A DNA stretch of 64,000 nucleotides from an uncultured Candidatus Saccharibacteria bacterium (GTDB lineage: Bacteria; Patescibacteriota; Minisyncoccia; Phycocordibacterales; PALSA-1337). Position 1 is the first letter of the stretch; every line of letters starts with the position of its first letter. Shown here piece after piece: positions 1 through 10,329 of the stretch. The position numbers and the translations under genes are program-made. The stretch lies in assembly GCA_964467225.1 (NCBI GenBank), contig CAYXPQ010000001.1, positions 6,812 through 70,811 on the forward strand. Reading direction: 5' to 3'. The notes under the pieces are model-generated. The model saw only the letters and a program-made list of their open reading frames with translations, was not told where the DNA came from and searched no databases.

Positions 1-648
1 TTACCAGGAATAGTACAAACACAGACAAATGATAAAGGTTATACATTTTTAGACGGATTGAGATCGGCCCTTAGACAAGATCCAGATATAATAATGGTCG
101 GTGAGATCCGAGACAGTGAGACAGCTGCTATTGCTATTAATTCATCACTCACTGGGCACTTGGTTTTCTCTACATTACACACAAATAGCGCAGCTGGTGC
201 TTTCCCCCGCCTTATAGACCTAGGCATAAATTCCAAAATCATGAGTTCTGCAATAAATATTGTATTGGCTCAAAGATTGGTTAGAAAATTATGTGAACAC
301 TGCAAAAAACCTTTGGCTATTGAAGGAAATGTAAAAACAGAAATAGATTCAGTACTTGCGACTATCTTTGATAAAAACGAAATACCTCCAATGCCAGCAA
401 ATGTTTTTGAAGCAAATGGTTGTGAGAAATGCAATCAAACAGGATACAAAGGCAGAATTGGAATTTATGAAGGAATAAAAATGAGCCCTGAGGTAAATAA
501 TGTTATTGAAATGAATCCAAGTGAAGATGAGGTAGATAAAGCTTCTGCAAATCAAGGAATACTGACAATGAAACAAGATGGTATAATAAAAATATTGAAA
601 GGAATAACATCTATAGATGAATTAGAGAGAGTTATAACAGTAGAATAA
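1..648 (+). CDS. GspE/PilB-family ATPase, C-terminal part (5' end outside window)
   Basis: Frame open from base 1; [15 protein letters not shown] Walker [13 protein letters not shown] His box, CxxC pairs, [10 protein letters not shown]. Confidence 0.93.
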   Translation, partial: LPGIVQTQTNDKGYTFLDGLRSALRQDPDIIMVGEIRDSETAAIAINSSLTGHLVFSTLHTNSAAGAFPRLIDLGINSKIMSSAINIVLAQRLVRKLCEHCKKPLAIEGNVKTEIDSVLATIFDKNEIPPMPANVFEANGCEKCNQTGYKGRIGIYEGIKMSPEVNNVIEMNPSEDEVDKASANQGILTMKQDGIIKILKGITSIDELERVITVE

Positions 649-739
649 AGTTAGGAAGCACAAAAAATCATGTGTCAATTGAAAATTTATTAAATGGGAG
701 TAAGATTAATAGAAGAAAGAGATGAAAAGTGAGAAGAGA

Positions 740-910
740 ATCAGGTGCATGAATCTCTAAACAATACTTTCAATGCGATCACCAAAAGTTAAACGTAGTC
801 TCAAGGATAATCCCAGTGCTACACACTGGGTGAAGACCAGAATGTCCTCAAAACTACATCAGATAGGCTGATTAAACAGTCTATATTGTTTAGAGATTTA
901 TGAATCTGAT
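740..910 (+). ncRNA. putative 6S RNA-like structured RNA
   Basis: 27-bp closing stem 740-766/884-910 with two G-U wobbles on + strand, central bubble, inner stems 795-799/853-857, 804-809/843-848, 812-818/824-830; TTGAAA-16-TAAGAT promoter at 679-706. Confidence 0.65.
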
Positions 911-950
911 ACCGTTGGAACTAATGGAAGCTTAGCATACATTAATAATT

Positions 951-1958
951 ATGTCAAGTGATACAAATAACTCAAATCAAGACCCAGTTAAAGAGACTGG
1001 GTATCTAGACCAAACACTACGCCCTTCTAAGTGGAGAGATTATATTGGTCAAAAATCCATCAAAGACAATCTCCATATACTTTTGACCGCTGCACAAGAA
1101 AGAAAACACCCTCCTGAACACATTTTGTTCTATGGACCACCAGGACTAGGTAAGACTACCCTCGCCCATTTGATTGCAAAAGAGACAGGAGCTCAAATGA
1201 AAGTTACTTCTGGCCCCGCAATACTTAAAGTTGGAGATCTTGCATCTATTCTTACAAATCTTTCACATGGAGATATTCTTTTTGTTGACGAAATTCATCG
1301 ACTCAACAAATCAATTGAAGAAATACTCTATCCTGCTATGGAAAGCGGCACTTTGGATATTATTATAGGCAAAGGTCCTTCTGCTAGAACTATTCAACTC
1401 GAACTTCCATCATTTACACTTATAGCTGCAACAACAAGAATAGCTATGATATCCTCCCCACTCAGATCTAGATTCTCTGGTGGTGTATTTAAGCTTGAAT
1501 TCTATACTGAAGATGAAATAGGTGAAATAATAATAAGATCATCTAAAATATTGGATATAGATATTCATGATGATGCTACTAGAGCAATTGCGGAGAGAAG
1601 TAGATTTACCCCTAGAACAGCAAATTATTTTTTAAAAAGATGCCGTGATTATGCTCAAATAGAAAAAACTCAATTAACAAAGGAGATCGTTCACAAAGCA
1701 CTGGAAATGTTGGGCGTTGATGACTTAGGCCTTAATTCAGCTGACAGAGATATTTTAAAAACAATAATTGATAAATTCAATGGTGGGCCCGTAGGTCTTA
1801 ACACTATTTCTGCTGCCCTATCCGAAGAACAAGCAACAATAGAAGAGGTCTATGAACCCTATCTCATCCAACTAGGTTTGCTTGAAAGAACACCAAAAGG
1901 TAGAATAGCGACTGAAAAAGCATTTAATCACCTAAAGATTAAATCAAATAAATTATAA
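951..1958 (+). CDS. ruvB: Holliday junction branch migration helicase RuvB
   Basis: LRP, GPPGLGKTTLA, FVDEIHRL, YPAME, EPYLIQ...RTPKGR motifs. Confidence 0.97.
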   Translation: MSSDTNNSNQDPVKETGYLDQTLRPSKWRDYIGQKSIKDNLHILLTAAQERKHPPEHILFYGPPGLGKTTLAHLIAKETGAQMKVTSGPAILKVGDLASILTNLSHGDILFVDEIHRLNKSIEEILYPAMESGTLDIIIGKGPSARTIQLELPSFTLIAATTRIAMISSPLRSRFSGGVFKLEFYTEDEIGEIIIRSSKILDIDIHDDATRAIAERSRFTPRTANYFLKRCRDYAQIEKTQLTKEIVHKALEMLGVDDLGLNSADRDILKTIIDKFNGGPVGLNTISAALSEEQATIEEVYEPYLIQLGLLERTPKGRIATEKAFNHLKIKSNKL

Positions 1959-1974
1959 TAATATAATCAAAATT

Positions 1975-2505
1975 ATGGCTGGACATAATAAATTTTCAAA
2001 AATTAAGCACCAAAAAGCAGCAAATGATGCAAAAAAGAGTAAGGTTTTTGGTAAATTAGTAAGATTCATTACAGTAGAAGCAAAAAAGGCTGGTGGAAAC
2101 TTGAGATCTCCTGGCCTTTCACTTGCTATTGAAAAAGCAAAGAAAGAAAATATGCCAAACGACACAATCGAAAGAGCTATCAAAAAAGCTACTACAGATA
2201 ATTCTGCTGCCATGGAGAACATTACTTATGAATCTTATGGTCCAGGAGGTGTAGCAATATTAGTAGAAACACTTACCGATAACAGAAATAAAGCAGCTCA
2301 AGAAGTTAAAGCTATACTTGCACGACACGGATCAGAATTAGCATCTCCTGGTAGTGCATCTTGGGCATTTACAAAAGGTTCAGAAGGTATGGTTGCTTCT
2401 ACTACTATCCCCCTCGAAGATGCAGATATAGAGAAACTTCAACTATTAGTCGAAGAACTTGAAGAGAATGATGAGGTTCAAGAAGTTTTTACTAATGCTG
2501 AGTAA
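1975..2505 (+). CDS. yebC: YebC/PmpR family protein (short, 176 aa)
   Basis: MAGHNKFSKIKHQK start, YESYGPGG, LTDNRN; lies between ruv genes. Confidence 0.93.
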   Translation: MAGHNKFSKIKHQKAANDAKKSKVFGKLVRFITVEAKKAGGNLRSPGLSLAIEKAKKENMPNDTIERAIKKATTDNSAAMENITYESYGPGGVAILVETLTDNRNKAAQEVKAILARHGSELASPGSASWAFTKGSEGMVASTTIPLEDADIEKLQLLVEELEENDEVQEVFTNAE

Positions 2506-2507
2506 AA

Positions 2508-2978
2508 ATGATAATACTTGGAATTGATCCGGGTTATGATCGAGTTGGGATAGCCGTGATAGAAAACAGATCACTATTATATTCAGAGTGTCTTTTAACA
2601 TCACAAAAAGATGATTTTTATACTAGACTTAAAAACATTGGTTTGAGAATAAGGGAAATAATCGAGCAATATTCCCCACAAATTCTAGCCATTGAATCTC
2701 TGTTTATAACCAAAAATCACAAAACGGCTATGAAAGTTGCAGAGGCCAGAGGTGTAATATCTTATGAGGCCAGAATTGCAGGAATGAATATCTATGAATT
2801 CAGTCCACCACAAATAAAGGTTGCAGTTACTGGACATGGGAGTAGCGATAAATCACAAATAATAAAAATGATTCCCTTGTTAATAAAAATGAAACACAAA
2901 AAGGCTTTAGATGATGAGTATGATGCTATAGCTGTAGCTATCACCTGCCAAGCCTATTTGGCATCAAAATTGAGATAA
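2508..2978 (+). CDS. ruvC: Holliday junction resolvase RuvC
   Basis: ILGIDPG, IESLF, EARGV, KVAVTGHG, DDEYDAIAVA. Confidence 0.95.
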   Translation: MIILGIDPGYDRVGIAVIENRSLLYSECLLTSQKDDFYTRLKNIGLRIREIIEQYSPQILAIESLFITKNHKTAMKVAEARGVISYEARIAGMNIYEFSPPQIKVAVTGHGSSDKSQIIKMIPLLIKMKHKKALDDEYDAIAVAITCQAYLASKLR

Positions 2979-2980
2979 CT

Positions 2981-2989
2981 TTATCCACA
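2981..2989 (+). promoter_or_regulatory. perfect DnaA box upstream of small acidic ORF
   Basis: TTATCCACA, followed by TTGCAA -35-like hexamer at 3001. Confidence 0.55.
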
Positions 2990-3072
2990 ATACAATTGAT
3001 TTGCAAAATTTTTGTACTTTTGTTACAAATATTAAATCTAAAAATAATTATTCACGAAATTTAGATAAAAAT

Positions 3073-3276
3073 ATGCCAAAAGAAAAAAAAATTGATACAA
3101 AAGCTAAAAAAGGTTCAGTGAATGAAGTTGAAGAAAAAGAAATAATGCTTGATGATGAGGAAAAAGTCATAGACACAGATTCCTCTATTCCTGAAGATGT
3201 GTTCGAGGACGAAGAGGATGATGGTTTATTAGATGAAGATGAAGTGGATCCATTTAAAGATAAGTGGGAAGAGTAA
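3073..3276 (+). CDS. small protein with basic N-terminus and highly acidic C-terminus
   Basis: ATG at 3073 preferred over TTG at 3001; 67 aa; followed by terminator hairpin. Confidence 0.75.
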   Translation: MPKEKKIDTKAKKGSVNEVEEKEIMLDDEEKVIDTDSSIPEDVFEDEEDDGLLDEDEVDPFKDKWEE

Positions 3277-3293
3277 ATTGTGTAGCAATTAGC

Positions 3294-3325
3294 CTCAGCG
3301 CAGTCATGCGCTGAGCTTTGCTTTT
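3294..3325. terminator. intrinsic terminator between convergent genes
   Basis: CTCAGCGCA-gtca-TGCGCTGAG stem followed by T-rich run. Confidence 0.75.
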
Positions 3326-4565
3326 AATTTTTAATTTTAATTTTAGCAAACCTCTTTTTACCTATTCTTAGAACACAATCTGTCTCTGCTTTAATATTGA
3401 AATCCTTAATCACTTCATCAGTTCCTGCATAAGTTATTGCATTACTTTCGATTAATCTTCTCCAGTCTGAATTAGAAACAACAATTCCCGTCTCAACCAA
3501 TGAATCTCTTATACTTGAACCTTTTGATAATTCAATTTCCATTATATCTTTTGGCACTTCCCCTTTTGAAAAAGCTGTGTCGAAATTATCTTGAGCTTTA
3601 TTAGCCTCTTCTTCTGAGAAATAAATTTTTACTAGGTTGTATGCTAATTTCATCTTTATATTTTTTGGATTTTCTCCATTTTCAAGTAAATTCTTGTATT
3701 CATTAATAGTGTCTACAGGAACACGAGTAACTAAATTAAAATATTTAATAATAAGGCTATCATGTAGCGACATAACCTTGCCATAAATATCGTTGGCGTT
3801 ATCTAATAAATTTATTGTATTTCCCCAACTTGAACTCATTTTTCTTCCATCCAAGCCCTCGATAAGTGGATTTGTAATAATATCTTGTGGAGGCTGATTG
3901 TAGTGTCTTTGCATTTCCCTACCAGCAAGAAGATTAAATTTTTGATCTGTTCCTCCTATTTCTATATCAGACTTTATAGCAACAGAATCATAGCCTTGCA
4001 TTAGAGGATAGATTAATTCTCGAAGAGAAACTCTCTTGCCGCTATCTAAACGTTTTTTGATATTTTCTCTAGAAATAAAATCACTTAATGAAAATATATT
4101 GGCCTGTTCACTAACTTCATTATAACTAAGCTTACTTAGCCATTTGCTATTGTAATGAATTTCAGCCTTTTCTATATCAATAACCTTTGATGCTTGTTTT
4201 ACATAATTTTTTAGATTTTCCTTAACCTGATCTTCAGTAAGCATTGGTCTTTCGCTATCTTTGTCAGAGGTGTCTCCAATAACAGCTGTATAATCACCAA
4301 TAATTAAAATAATTTTGTGTCCAAGATCTTGAAAATCTTTTAATTTAAGTAGTGGTATTGATCTACCTAAATGTATATTAGGGCTTGTGGGGTCAATACC
4401 TAATTTTATTCTTAATTGTTTGCCACTTTTTAATTTTTCTTCAAGGCTTTTTCTCTCAATTATCTCTTCTACACCTCTTGAAAGAACTTCTTCTATATCT
4501 TTTTCTTCAGTATTGATTTTTATTTTATTTGTTCCAAACATAATATGTACTATGTAATGTACCAT
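3324..4565 (-). CDS. tyrS: tyrosyl-tRNA synthetase (true start possibly 4541)
   Basis: KLGIDPTSPNIHLG HIGH region, YPLMQGYD, GGTDQKFN, KMSSS, C-terminal S4-like RIGKK. Confidence 0.95.
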   Translation of the reverse strand: MVHYIVHIMFGTNKIKINTEEKDIEEVLSRGVEEIIERKSLEEKLKSGKQLRIKLGIDPTSPNIHLGRSIPLLKLKDFQDLGHKIILIIGDYTAVIGDTSDKDSERPMLTEDQVKENLKNYVKQASKVIDIEKAEIHYNSKWLSKLSYNEVSEQANIFSLSDFISRENIKKRLDSGKRVSLRELIYPLMQGYDSVAIKSDIEIGGTDQKFNLLAGREMQRHYNQPPQDIITNPLIEGLDGRKMSSSWGNTINLLDNANDIYGKVMSLHDSLIIKYFNLVTRVPVDTINEYKNLLENGENPKNIKMKLAYNLVKIYFSEEEANKAQDNFDTAFSKGEVPKDIMEIELSKGSSIRDSLVETGIVVSNSDWRRLIESNAITYAGTDEVIKDFNIKAETDCVLRIGKKRFAKIKIKN

Positions 4566-4585
4566 ATTTATGATAAAATTTCGAA

Positions 4586-7126
4586 ATGTCTAGAAAAAAG
4601 CGATTTTTTAACACGTTTGCGTGGAAATTGCTCAAACCTCTAATTACCCTGACAATTTCTGTGAGTCTAATAGCAACAAGTGTTGCTATCTTGTGGTTTT
4701 CAACATTACAAATACCTGATTTGAGTGCATTTGAAGCCAGAAAGGTTAGTCAGTCTACAAAAATATTTGATCGAACTGGAGAAATACTCCTATATGATAT
4801 ACATAATGACTCAAAAAGAACTGTAGTGGCTTTTGAGGATATTTCAAAGAATATTAAAAATGCTACTGTCGCTATCGAAGATGTAGAGTTCTATCAACAT
4901 ATTGGAATAAAACCAACAGCTATTATTAGAGCTGTTGTAGCCAACCTAACTCCCGGATCAGGATTAACTCAAGGAGGGTCAACAATTACTCAACAAGTTA
5001 TTAAAAATGCAGTCCTAACCAAAGACAAAACCATAACCAGAAAACTAAAAGAATGGATTTTGGCCATAAAAATAGAAAAGGTTTTGAGTAAAGATCAAAT
5101 TTTGAATACATACTTAAATGAGAGTCCATATGGTGGAAGTATTTATGGTGTAGAAGAGGCAAGTAAAACTTTTTTTGGTAAATCTTCAAAAGATGTAACT
5201 TTAGCAGAAGCTGCTTATCTTGGAGCAATACCACAAGCCCCTACCTTCTATTCTCCATATGGTCCAAACAAAGAAAGACTTGATGCCCGACAAAAATTAG
5301 TTCTTTCAAAAATGAAAGAGAATAATTTTATTACGGCCGATGAGTATAATGAGGCATTAAAAGAAAAAGTTAAATTCTTAGAAAAAAGCACAACTGGAAT
5401 ACGAGCTCCCCATTTTTCATTATTTGTAAAAGAACAATTAATAAACAAATACGGTGAAAGTGCTGTAGAAGAAGGTGGTTTGAAAGTTATCACAACATTG
5501 AACTATGATTATCAAGAAAAGGCAGAGAAAGTAATAAGTAACTTCGCCCCTACTCTTGCTTCATCATACAATGCAAGCAATACAGCAATGGTAGCTATTG
5601 ATCCCAAGACAGGAGATATTCTTGCCTTAGTTGGTTCAAGAAATTATTTTGATAAAGAAATTCAAGGAAATTTCAATATTGTCACCGCACATAGACAACC
5701 CGGATCAACTTTCAAACCTTTCGTATATGCTACTGCTTTTATGAAAGGTTATACACCTGAAACCGTTCTTTTTGATGTAAAAACTGAATTCTCTACACAA
5801 TGTACTGTTGAAGGAAAATTAAAAGATGAGAATGATAAGGTAAACAAATGTTATTCTCCAGAAAATTATGACATGCTATATGAAGGTCCCATAACAATAA
5901 GAAAGGCTTTAGCTAGATCTAGAAACATCCCAGCTGTTAAAGCTTTATACTTGTCAGGGGTGAAAGATTCTATAGAAACTGCTGAGGCTATGGGAATAAC
6001 TAGTCTCAAAGATCCCAATAGATATGGATTAACATTAGTACTTGGAGGTGGTGAAGTTTCCCTTCTCGAACTGACAAGTGCTTATGGAGTATTTGCAAAT
6101 GACGGAATTAGAAATCCATATAGATCAATACTAAGGATTGAAGATTCGAAAGGAAATGTTGTGGAAGATTTTAAAACTAATCCAGTTCAAGCAATACCAT
6201 CACAACCAGCAAGACAAATAAATGATATTCTTTCAGATCCCAAAGTCATGACTGATAGCTTAAAACCTATTGTAAGCAATCTTAATAGACAAGTGGCGGT
6301 AAAAACAGGAACAACCAATGACTATCGAGATGTATGGATTGAAGGATATACTCCAAATATTGTAGTTGGGGCTTGGGCAGGCAAAAATGATAATACACCA
6401 ATGGACAGAAAAGTCGCAGGACTTATCATTACTCCTGTTTGGGGAGCTTTCATGACAGAAATAAACAAATCATTAGAAAAAGAAACATTTAAAAACCCTG
6501 AGCCAGATACACAAGATATTAAACCTATATTAAGAGGAATATGGAAAGGTGGTGTCACTTATAAAATAGATGGTATTTCAAAAAAACTTGCAACTGATCT
6601 GACACCGCAAGAGTTACAACAAGAGATTATTTTACCTAGTGTACATAGTATTTTACACTGGGTAGACAAATCAAATCCAAACGGTGAAATTCCAAAGGAT
6701 CCAAAACAAGATTCACAATATGAATATTGGGAATATGGTGTGCGAAAATGGTTTGATGAATGGGTAATTAACAATCCTGGCTTTACAGAAACCACAAATA
6801 TAGGAATTCCAACAGAAACAGATGATGTACATACATTGGAAAATTCACCAAAAATAGTTATAACTTCTCCAAAAAACGGAGATGTGGTGTCCTCAAGATC
6901 AAAAGTGAATGTCCAAATAAGTTATAGTGGCAAATACCCAATCAAAAAATCTGAGTTATATATAAACAATAAATACATTTCAACCAGCGAAAGAATTCCT
7001 AATCTATTAACTTTCATACCTCAAGATATTGGTATCACGCAAGACAAAATTATAATAAAAGTTGTTACTTTTGATGCTGTATTGAATAGAGTTGAAGCAA
7101 CAATAGATATAAACGTGTCTAATTAA
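4586..7126 (+). CDS. class A penicillin-binding protein (PBP1A family) with C-terminal Ig-like domain
   Basis: N-terminal TM; EDVEFYQHIG and GGSTITQQ transglycosylase motifs; STFK, SRN, KTGT transpeptidase motifs. Confidence 0.93.
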   Translation: MSRKKRFFNTFAWKLLKPLITLTISVSLIATSVAILWFSTLQIPDLSAFEARKVSQSTKIFDRTGEILLYDIHNDSKRTVVAFEDISKNIKNATVAIEDVEFYQHIGIKPTAIIRAVVANLTPGSGLTQGGSTITQQVIKNAVLTKDKTITRKLKEWILAIKIEKVLSKDQILNTYLNESPYGGSIYGVEEASKTFFGKSSKDVTLAEAAYLGAIPQAPTFYSPYGPNKERLDARQKLVLSKMKENNFITADEYNEALKEKVKFLEKSTTGIRAPHFSLFVKEQLINKYGESAVEEGGLKVITTLNYDYQEKAEKVISNFAPTLASSYNASNTAMVAIDPKTGDILALVGSRNYFDKEIQGNFNIVTAHRQPGSTFKPFVYATAFMKGYTPETVLFDVKTEFSTQCTVEGKLKDENDKVNKCYSPENYDMLYEGPITIRKALARSRNIPAVKALYLSGVKDSIETAEAMGITSLKDPNRYGLTLVLGGGEVSLLELTSAYGVFANDGIRNPYRSILRIEDSKGNVVEDFKTNPVQAIPSQPARQINDILSDPKVMTDSLKPIVSNLNRQVAVKTGTTNDYRDVWIEGYTPNIVVGAWAGKNDNTPMDRKVAGLIITPVWGAFMTEINKSLEKETFKNPEPDTQDIKPILRGIWKGGVTYKIDGISKKLATDLTPQELQQEIILPSVHSILHWVDKSNPNGEIPKDPKQDSQYEYWEYGVRKWFDEWVINNPGFTETTNIGIPTETDDVHTLENSPKIVITSPKNGDVVSSRSKVNVQISYSGKYPIKKSELYINNKYISTSERIPNLLTFIPQDIGITQDKIIIKVVTFDAVLNRVEATIDINVSN

Positions 7127-7376
7127 TATCCTTAATAATTAAATTAGGTATTTTATTTATTATAAACTTAATTATTTTTTGTTTATTAATATAAATCTGG
7201 TTTTTTTCTACCGAATTTAATTTCAGTTTAATACCATTCGAGCTAAAGGAAATACTCTCAACTGGAACCATTACTCCTGCTTCCCTCTTTATTATTTCGG
7301 ATATAATTGTTCTTTTTTGTATTTCTTTTAATGCAGTATTATTAAATTTATCAAAAAATGTTTTAACTAACTTCAT
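7119..7376 (-). CDS. small basic hypothetical protein, possibly DciA/DUF721-like
   Basis: 85 aa, 1 bp after dnaN stop; hydrophobic pattern loosely resembles DUF721. Confidence 0.55.
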   Translation of the reverse strand: MKLVKTFFDKFNNTALKEIQKRTIISEIIKREAGVMVPVESISFSSNGIKLKLNSVEKNQIYINKQKIIKFIINKIPNLIIKDIN

Positions 7377-7377
7377 A

Positions 7378-8484
7378 TTATCTATTCATTGGCATAACAA
7401 GATATCTAAATGATATATCAGAAACAGGAGTTATTATCATTGGTCTATTTAAGCCATTAAAATGTAAAGTTACACTGTCAGAATCAATAGATTGGAAACA
7501 GTCGATAATATATTTATAGTTAAAATTGATTTCTACTGATTCTCCATTTATTACACAATCCAAAATAGACAAATTCTCTCCTACATCGTTATTTTTGGTT
7601 CTAATTTCACATTTCTTGGAACTTATATCGACTTTAAAGTTAACTTGATTAAACTTATCAGAGAAGATATTTGATAATTTAAGGCTATTAACTAGATCCT
7701 GTTTAAGTATTATTACTTCAGTAGTATTTGATTTTGGAATAATCTGCTTATAATCAGGAAATACACCATCAATGACTCTAGAAATTAAATACACCCCATT
7801 ATAACTAAACGATATTTGATTTTTATCCAAATTAACTTCAATATCATCATTTATTTCTTCTAGCACCCTAATTATTTCTGAAATATTTTTGAATGGGATC
7901 AAAATCTGGCCAAATTCTTTGCTCTTTTTGATCTTTATTCTCTTCTCGGCTAGTCTAAATGAATCTGTGGCAACAAAAACCACAAAATCACCGTCACAAA
8001 AAACACAAACACTAGATAATTCTGGCTTAATACTAGATACAGAAGAGCTATACCAAACTGATTTTAATCCTTTTGCAAAATCTGAGCCATTAATTAAAAA
8101 AGAATTACTAGAATCTATTCTCGGAATAGTTGGGAAATCCTCTGAAGGTATAGTCTTTATTATTCCAGAACTGCGCAAGGTGATGACTTTTATATTGTTT
8201 TGATCAGTTACTAGCTTAACACCCTTTTCATCTTCTATAAGACCAGAAATAAAAGAATTTAATATTTGAGCTGGAACCGCGAAGACACCTTCTTCTTCTA
8301 TCTTTGCAGGAATACTAACTTCAATACCTAAATCTATATTTGTAGATTTGAGAGTTAGAATATTCTTCTGAGTTGCATCTAATAGTAAACAAGATAGTAC
8401 AGGTAAGGTCATATGCTTACCTGCAATTTTTTCTGTTATACCCACTGCTCTCTTTAATTTGTCTTGTGAACATTCTATCTTCAT
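7378..8484 (-). CDS. dnaN: DNA polymerase III beta clamp
   Basis: LPVLS, ATDSFRLA, SRVIDGVFPDYKQIIP, YLVMPM C-terminus; next to dnaA. Confidence 0.97.
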   Translation of the reverse strand: MKIECSQDKLKRAVGITEKIAGKHMTLPVLSCLLLDATQKNILTLKSTNIDLGIEVSIPAKIEEEGVFAVPAQILNSFISGLIEDEKGVKLVTDQNNIKVITLRSSGIIKTIPSEDFPTIPRIDSSNSFLINGSDFAKGLKSVWYSSSVSSIKPELSSVCVFCDGDFVVFVATDSFRLAEKRIKIKKSKEFGQILIPFKNISEIIRVLEEINDDIEVNLDKNQISFSYNGVYLISRVIDGVFPDYKQIIPKSNTTEVIILKQDLVNSLKLSNIFSDKFNQVNFKVDISSKKCEIRTKNNDVGENLSILDCVINGESVEINFNYKYIIDCFQSIDSDSVTLHFNGLNRPMIITPVSDISFRYLVMPMNR

Positions 8485-8712
8485 ATTTGTTTTTATTTAT
8501 ATTTAAATACTTATTGTTATTATTAGGGCTGTGAGTATGGTGATAACTCAATTATATCATTATTTTTAGCCATATTATTCTTCTATAACTGTGTATTACT
8601 TTCTAATAATTTCTAACAACTAATTTTTATATACATACTTATCCTAACTTTTTCAAATTAATCCACATTCATTGATATCTTGTTAACAGACTTATACACA
8701 ATCTTATCCACA
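8485..8712. other. oriC, dnaA-dnaN intergenic part
   Basis: DnaA boxes TTATCCACA 8704-8712, TTATACACA 8692-8700, TAATCCACA 8659-8667, TGTGTATTA 8590-8598 in very AT-rich DNA. Confidence 0.8.
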
Positions 8713-10059
8713 TCACATCATGGCTCGGATTTGTGATATTTCACTCATAAGTAAAGAGTTTGTTTTTAAATCCTCTTTAATCTTCTCACATGAGTGAATT
8801 ACGGTGGTATGGTCTCGACCTCCCATTTTCTCCCCTATTGAAGGGAAGGAAATATTGAAATCTTCACGAAGAATGTACATAATAACTTGTCTTGGTTTAA
8901 CAACCTCCTTCTTTCTAGTTTTTTCGAATATTATATCTTCACTAACATTATAAAAATCAGTAATTAATTTGATAACATCCTTAACTGAAATGTTCTTTTT
9001 GGGTTTTGTACTATTTTTTACTAAATTTTTAATTTCATTTAATGAAAGAGGGCGGTTTTTGAGTTGAGTCTGGCAAACCACTGCATTTATAGTTCCTTCC
9101 AATTCTCTAACATTACTTTCAATACTTGCAGCAAGAAAATCTAATACATCTGGACTTAGTTCTATATTGTTAGCCAAGCTCTTAGCTCTCAATATGGCGG
9201 TTCTGGATTCATGATCTGGGGCTGGTATATCAATTATCATTCCAGCACCGAATCTAGACTTTAGTCTGTCTTCTAGTCCAGGTATGTAATTGGGGTGTTT
9301 ATCAGAGGAAAATACTAATTGTCTGTTGGTGTTATAGAACGTTTCGAATAAATGGAATAATTCTTCCTGGAACTTCTCTTTGCTTGCGAAGAATTGAATA
9401 TCGTCCATAATAATAACATCATATTTTCTATACTTCTCTTTGAATTTTTGAGTAGTGTTGTTTTGTAAAGATGAGAAATATTCAGATCCGAATCTTTCTG
9501 ATGTAAGGTAAAACACCTTTTTTTGAGGAAAGTCCTTTTTTATATGATTCCCTATTGCTTGGATAAGGTGTGTTTTTCCGTGTCCAGTATTTCCGTATAT
9601 AAAAAGTGGATTATATGTAGATCCAGGACTTTTTATTACAGCTTTGGAGGCAGCATGCGCCAACTCATTGAATGGCCCAACAACAAATGAGTCAAAAACA
9701 TATCTAGGGTTAAGATTGTCTTCTTTGTTTATATAGAAATCCTGTAAAGGCATGGAAATTGTGGGGCTAAATTGTTGAGGTTTCTTCTCTGCAAGTTTTC
9801 TTTTATCAGATTCTTTGATAATTACATATTCTAATGCTCTAATACTTTCATTTAATTGTCTCAAAACCTTAAGTATTGTGTTGTGGAATTTCTTATACAA
9901 CCATTGTTGTATAAAAGGATTTGGAACACCAAGATAGACTATTCCCTCCTCACTCTTTACTATACAAGTGTCATTGAACCAGGTAGAAAAGTTGGCTTGT
10001 GATACAGCCTGCTCAATATCTATTAATGCGCGATTCCATAATTCAACATGATCCTTCAT
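8713..10059 (-). CDS. dnaA: chromosomal replication initiator DnaA (start likely 10059, MKDHVELW)
   Basis: YNPLFIYGNTGHGKTHL, DDIQF, NVRELEG, GGRDHTTVIHS. Confidence 0.98.
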   Translation of the reverse strand: MKDHVELWNRALIDIEQAVSQANFSTWFNDTCIVKSEEGIVYLGVPNPFIQQWLYKKFHNTILKVLRQLNESIRALEYVIIKESDKRKLAEKKPQQFSPTISMPLQDFYINKEDNLNPRYVFDSFVVGPFNELAHAASKAVIKSPGSTYNPLFIYGNTGHGKTHLIQAIGNHIKKDFPQKKVFYLTSERFGSEYFSSLQNNTTQKFKEKYRKYDVIIMDDIQFFASKEKFQEELFHLFETFYNTNRQLVFSSDKHPNYIPGLEDRLKSRFGAGMIIDIPAPDHESRTAILRAKSLANNIELSPDVLDFLAASIESNVRELEGTINAVVCQTQLKNRPLSLNEIKNLVKNSTKPKKNISVKDVIKLITDFYNVSEDIIFEKTRKKEVVKPRQVIMYILREDFNISFPSIGEKMGGRDHTTVIHSCEKIKEDLKTNSLLMSEISQIRAMM

Positions 10060-10096
10060 GACAATAAGTATATACCTGTTTATAAAATATAAAACT

Positions 10097-10135
10097 TGTG
10101 GAATAGATAAAATTATGTTGATAAGTTGTGGAGAA
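10097..10135. promoter_or_regulatory. DnaA boxes upstream of dnaA (autoregulation or bipartite oriC)
   Basis: TGTGGAATA 10097-10105, TGTTGATAA 10116-10124, TGTGGAGAA 10127-10135. Confidence 0.65.
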
Positions 10136-10193
10136 CACAAAATTTTATTCCAATCTTGAAATTTTAAATTATGTAATGTATAGTAGAATAACT

Positions 10194-10328
10194 ATGTCAT
10201 TTACATATCAACCAAAAAAGAGAAAGAGAGCAAAGACTCATGGATTCTTGGTAAGGTCAAAGACTTCAACAGGAAGAAATGTTCTTAAGAGAAGACGAAC
10301 AAAAGGTCGCAAAAAAATAGCTGTTTAA
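10194..10328 (+). CDS. rpmH: 50S ribosomal protein L34
   Basis: [18 protein letters not shown]; ATG at 10194; divergent from dnaA. Confidence 0.96.
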   Translation: MSFTYQPKKRKRAKTHGFLVRSKTSTGRNVLKRRRTKGRKKIAV

Positions 10329-10329
10329 T

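Noticed and set aside
951-2978. ruvA missing from ruvB-yebC-ruvC
   Set aside because: May simply be encoded outside the window.
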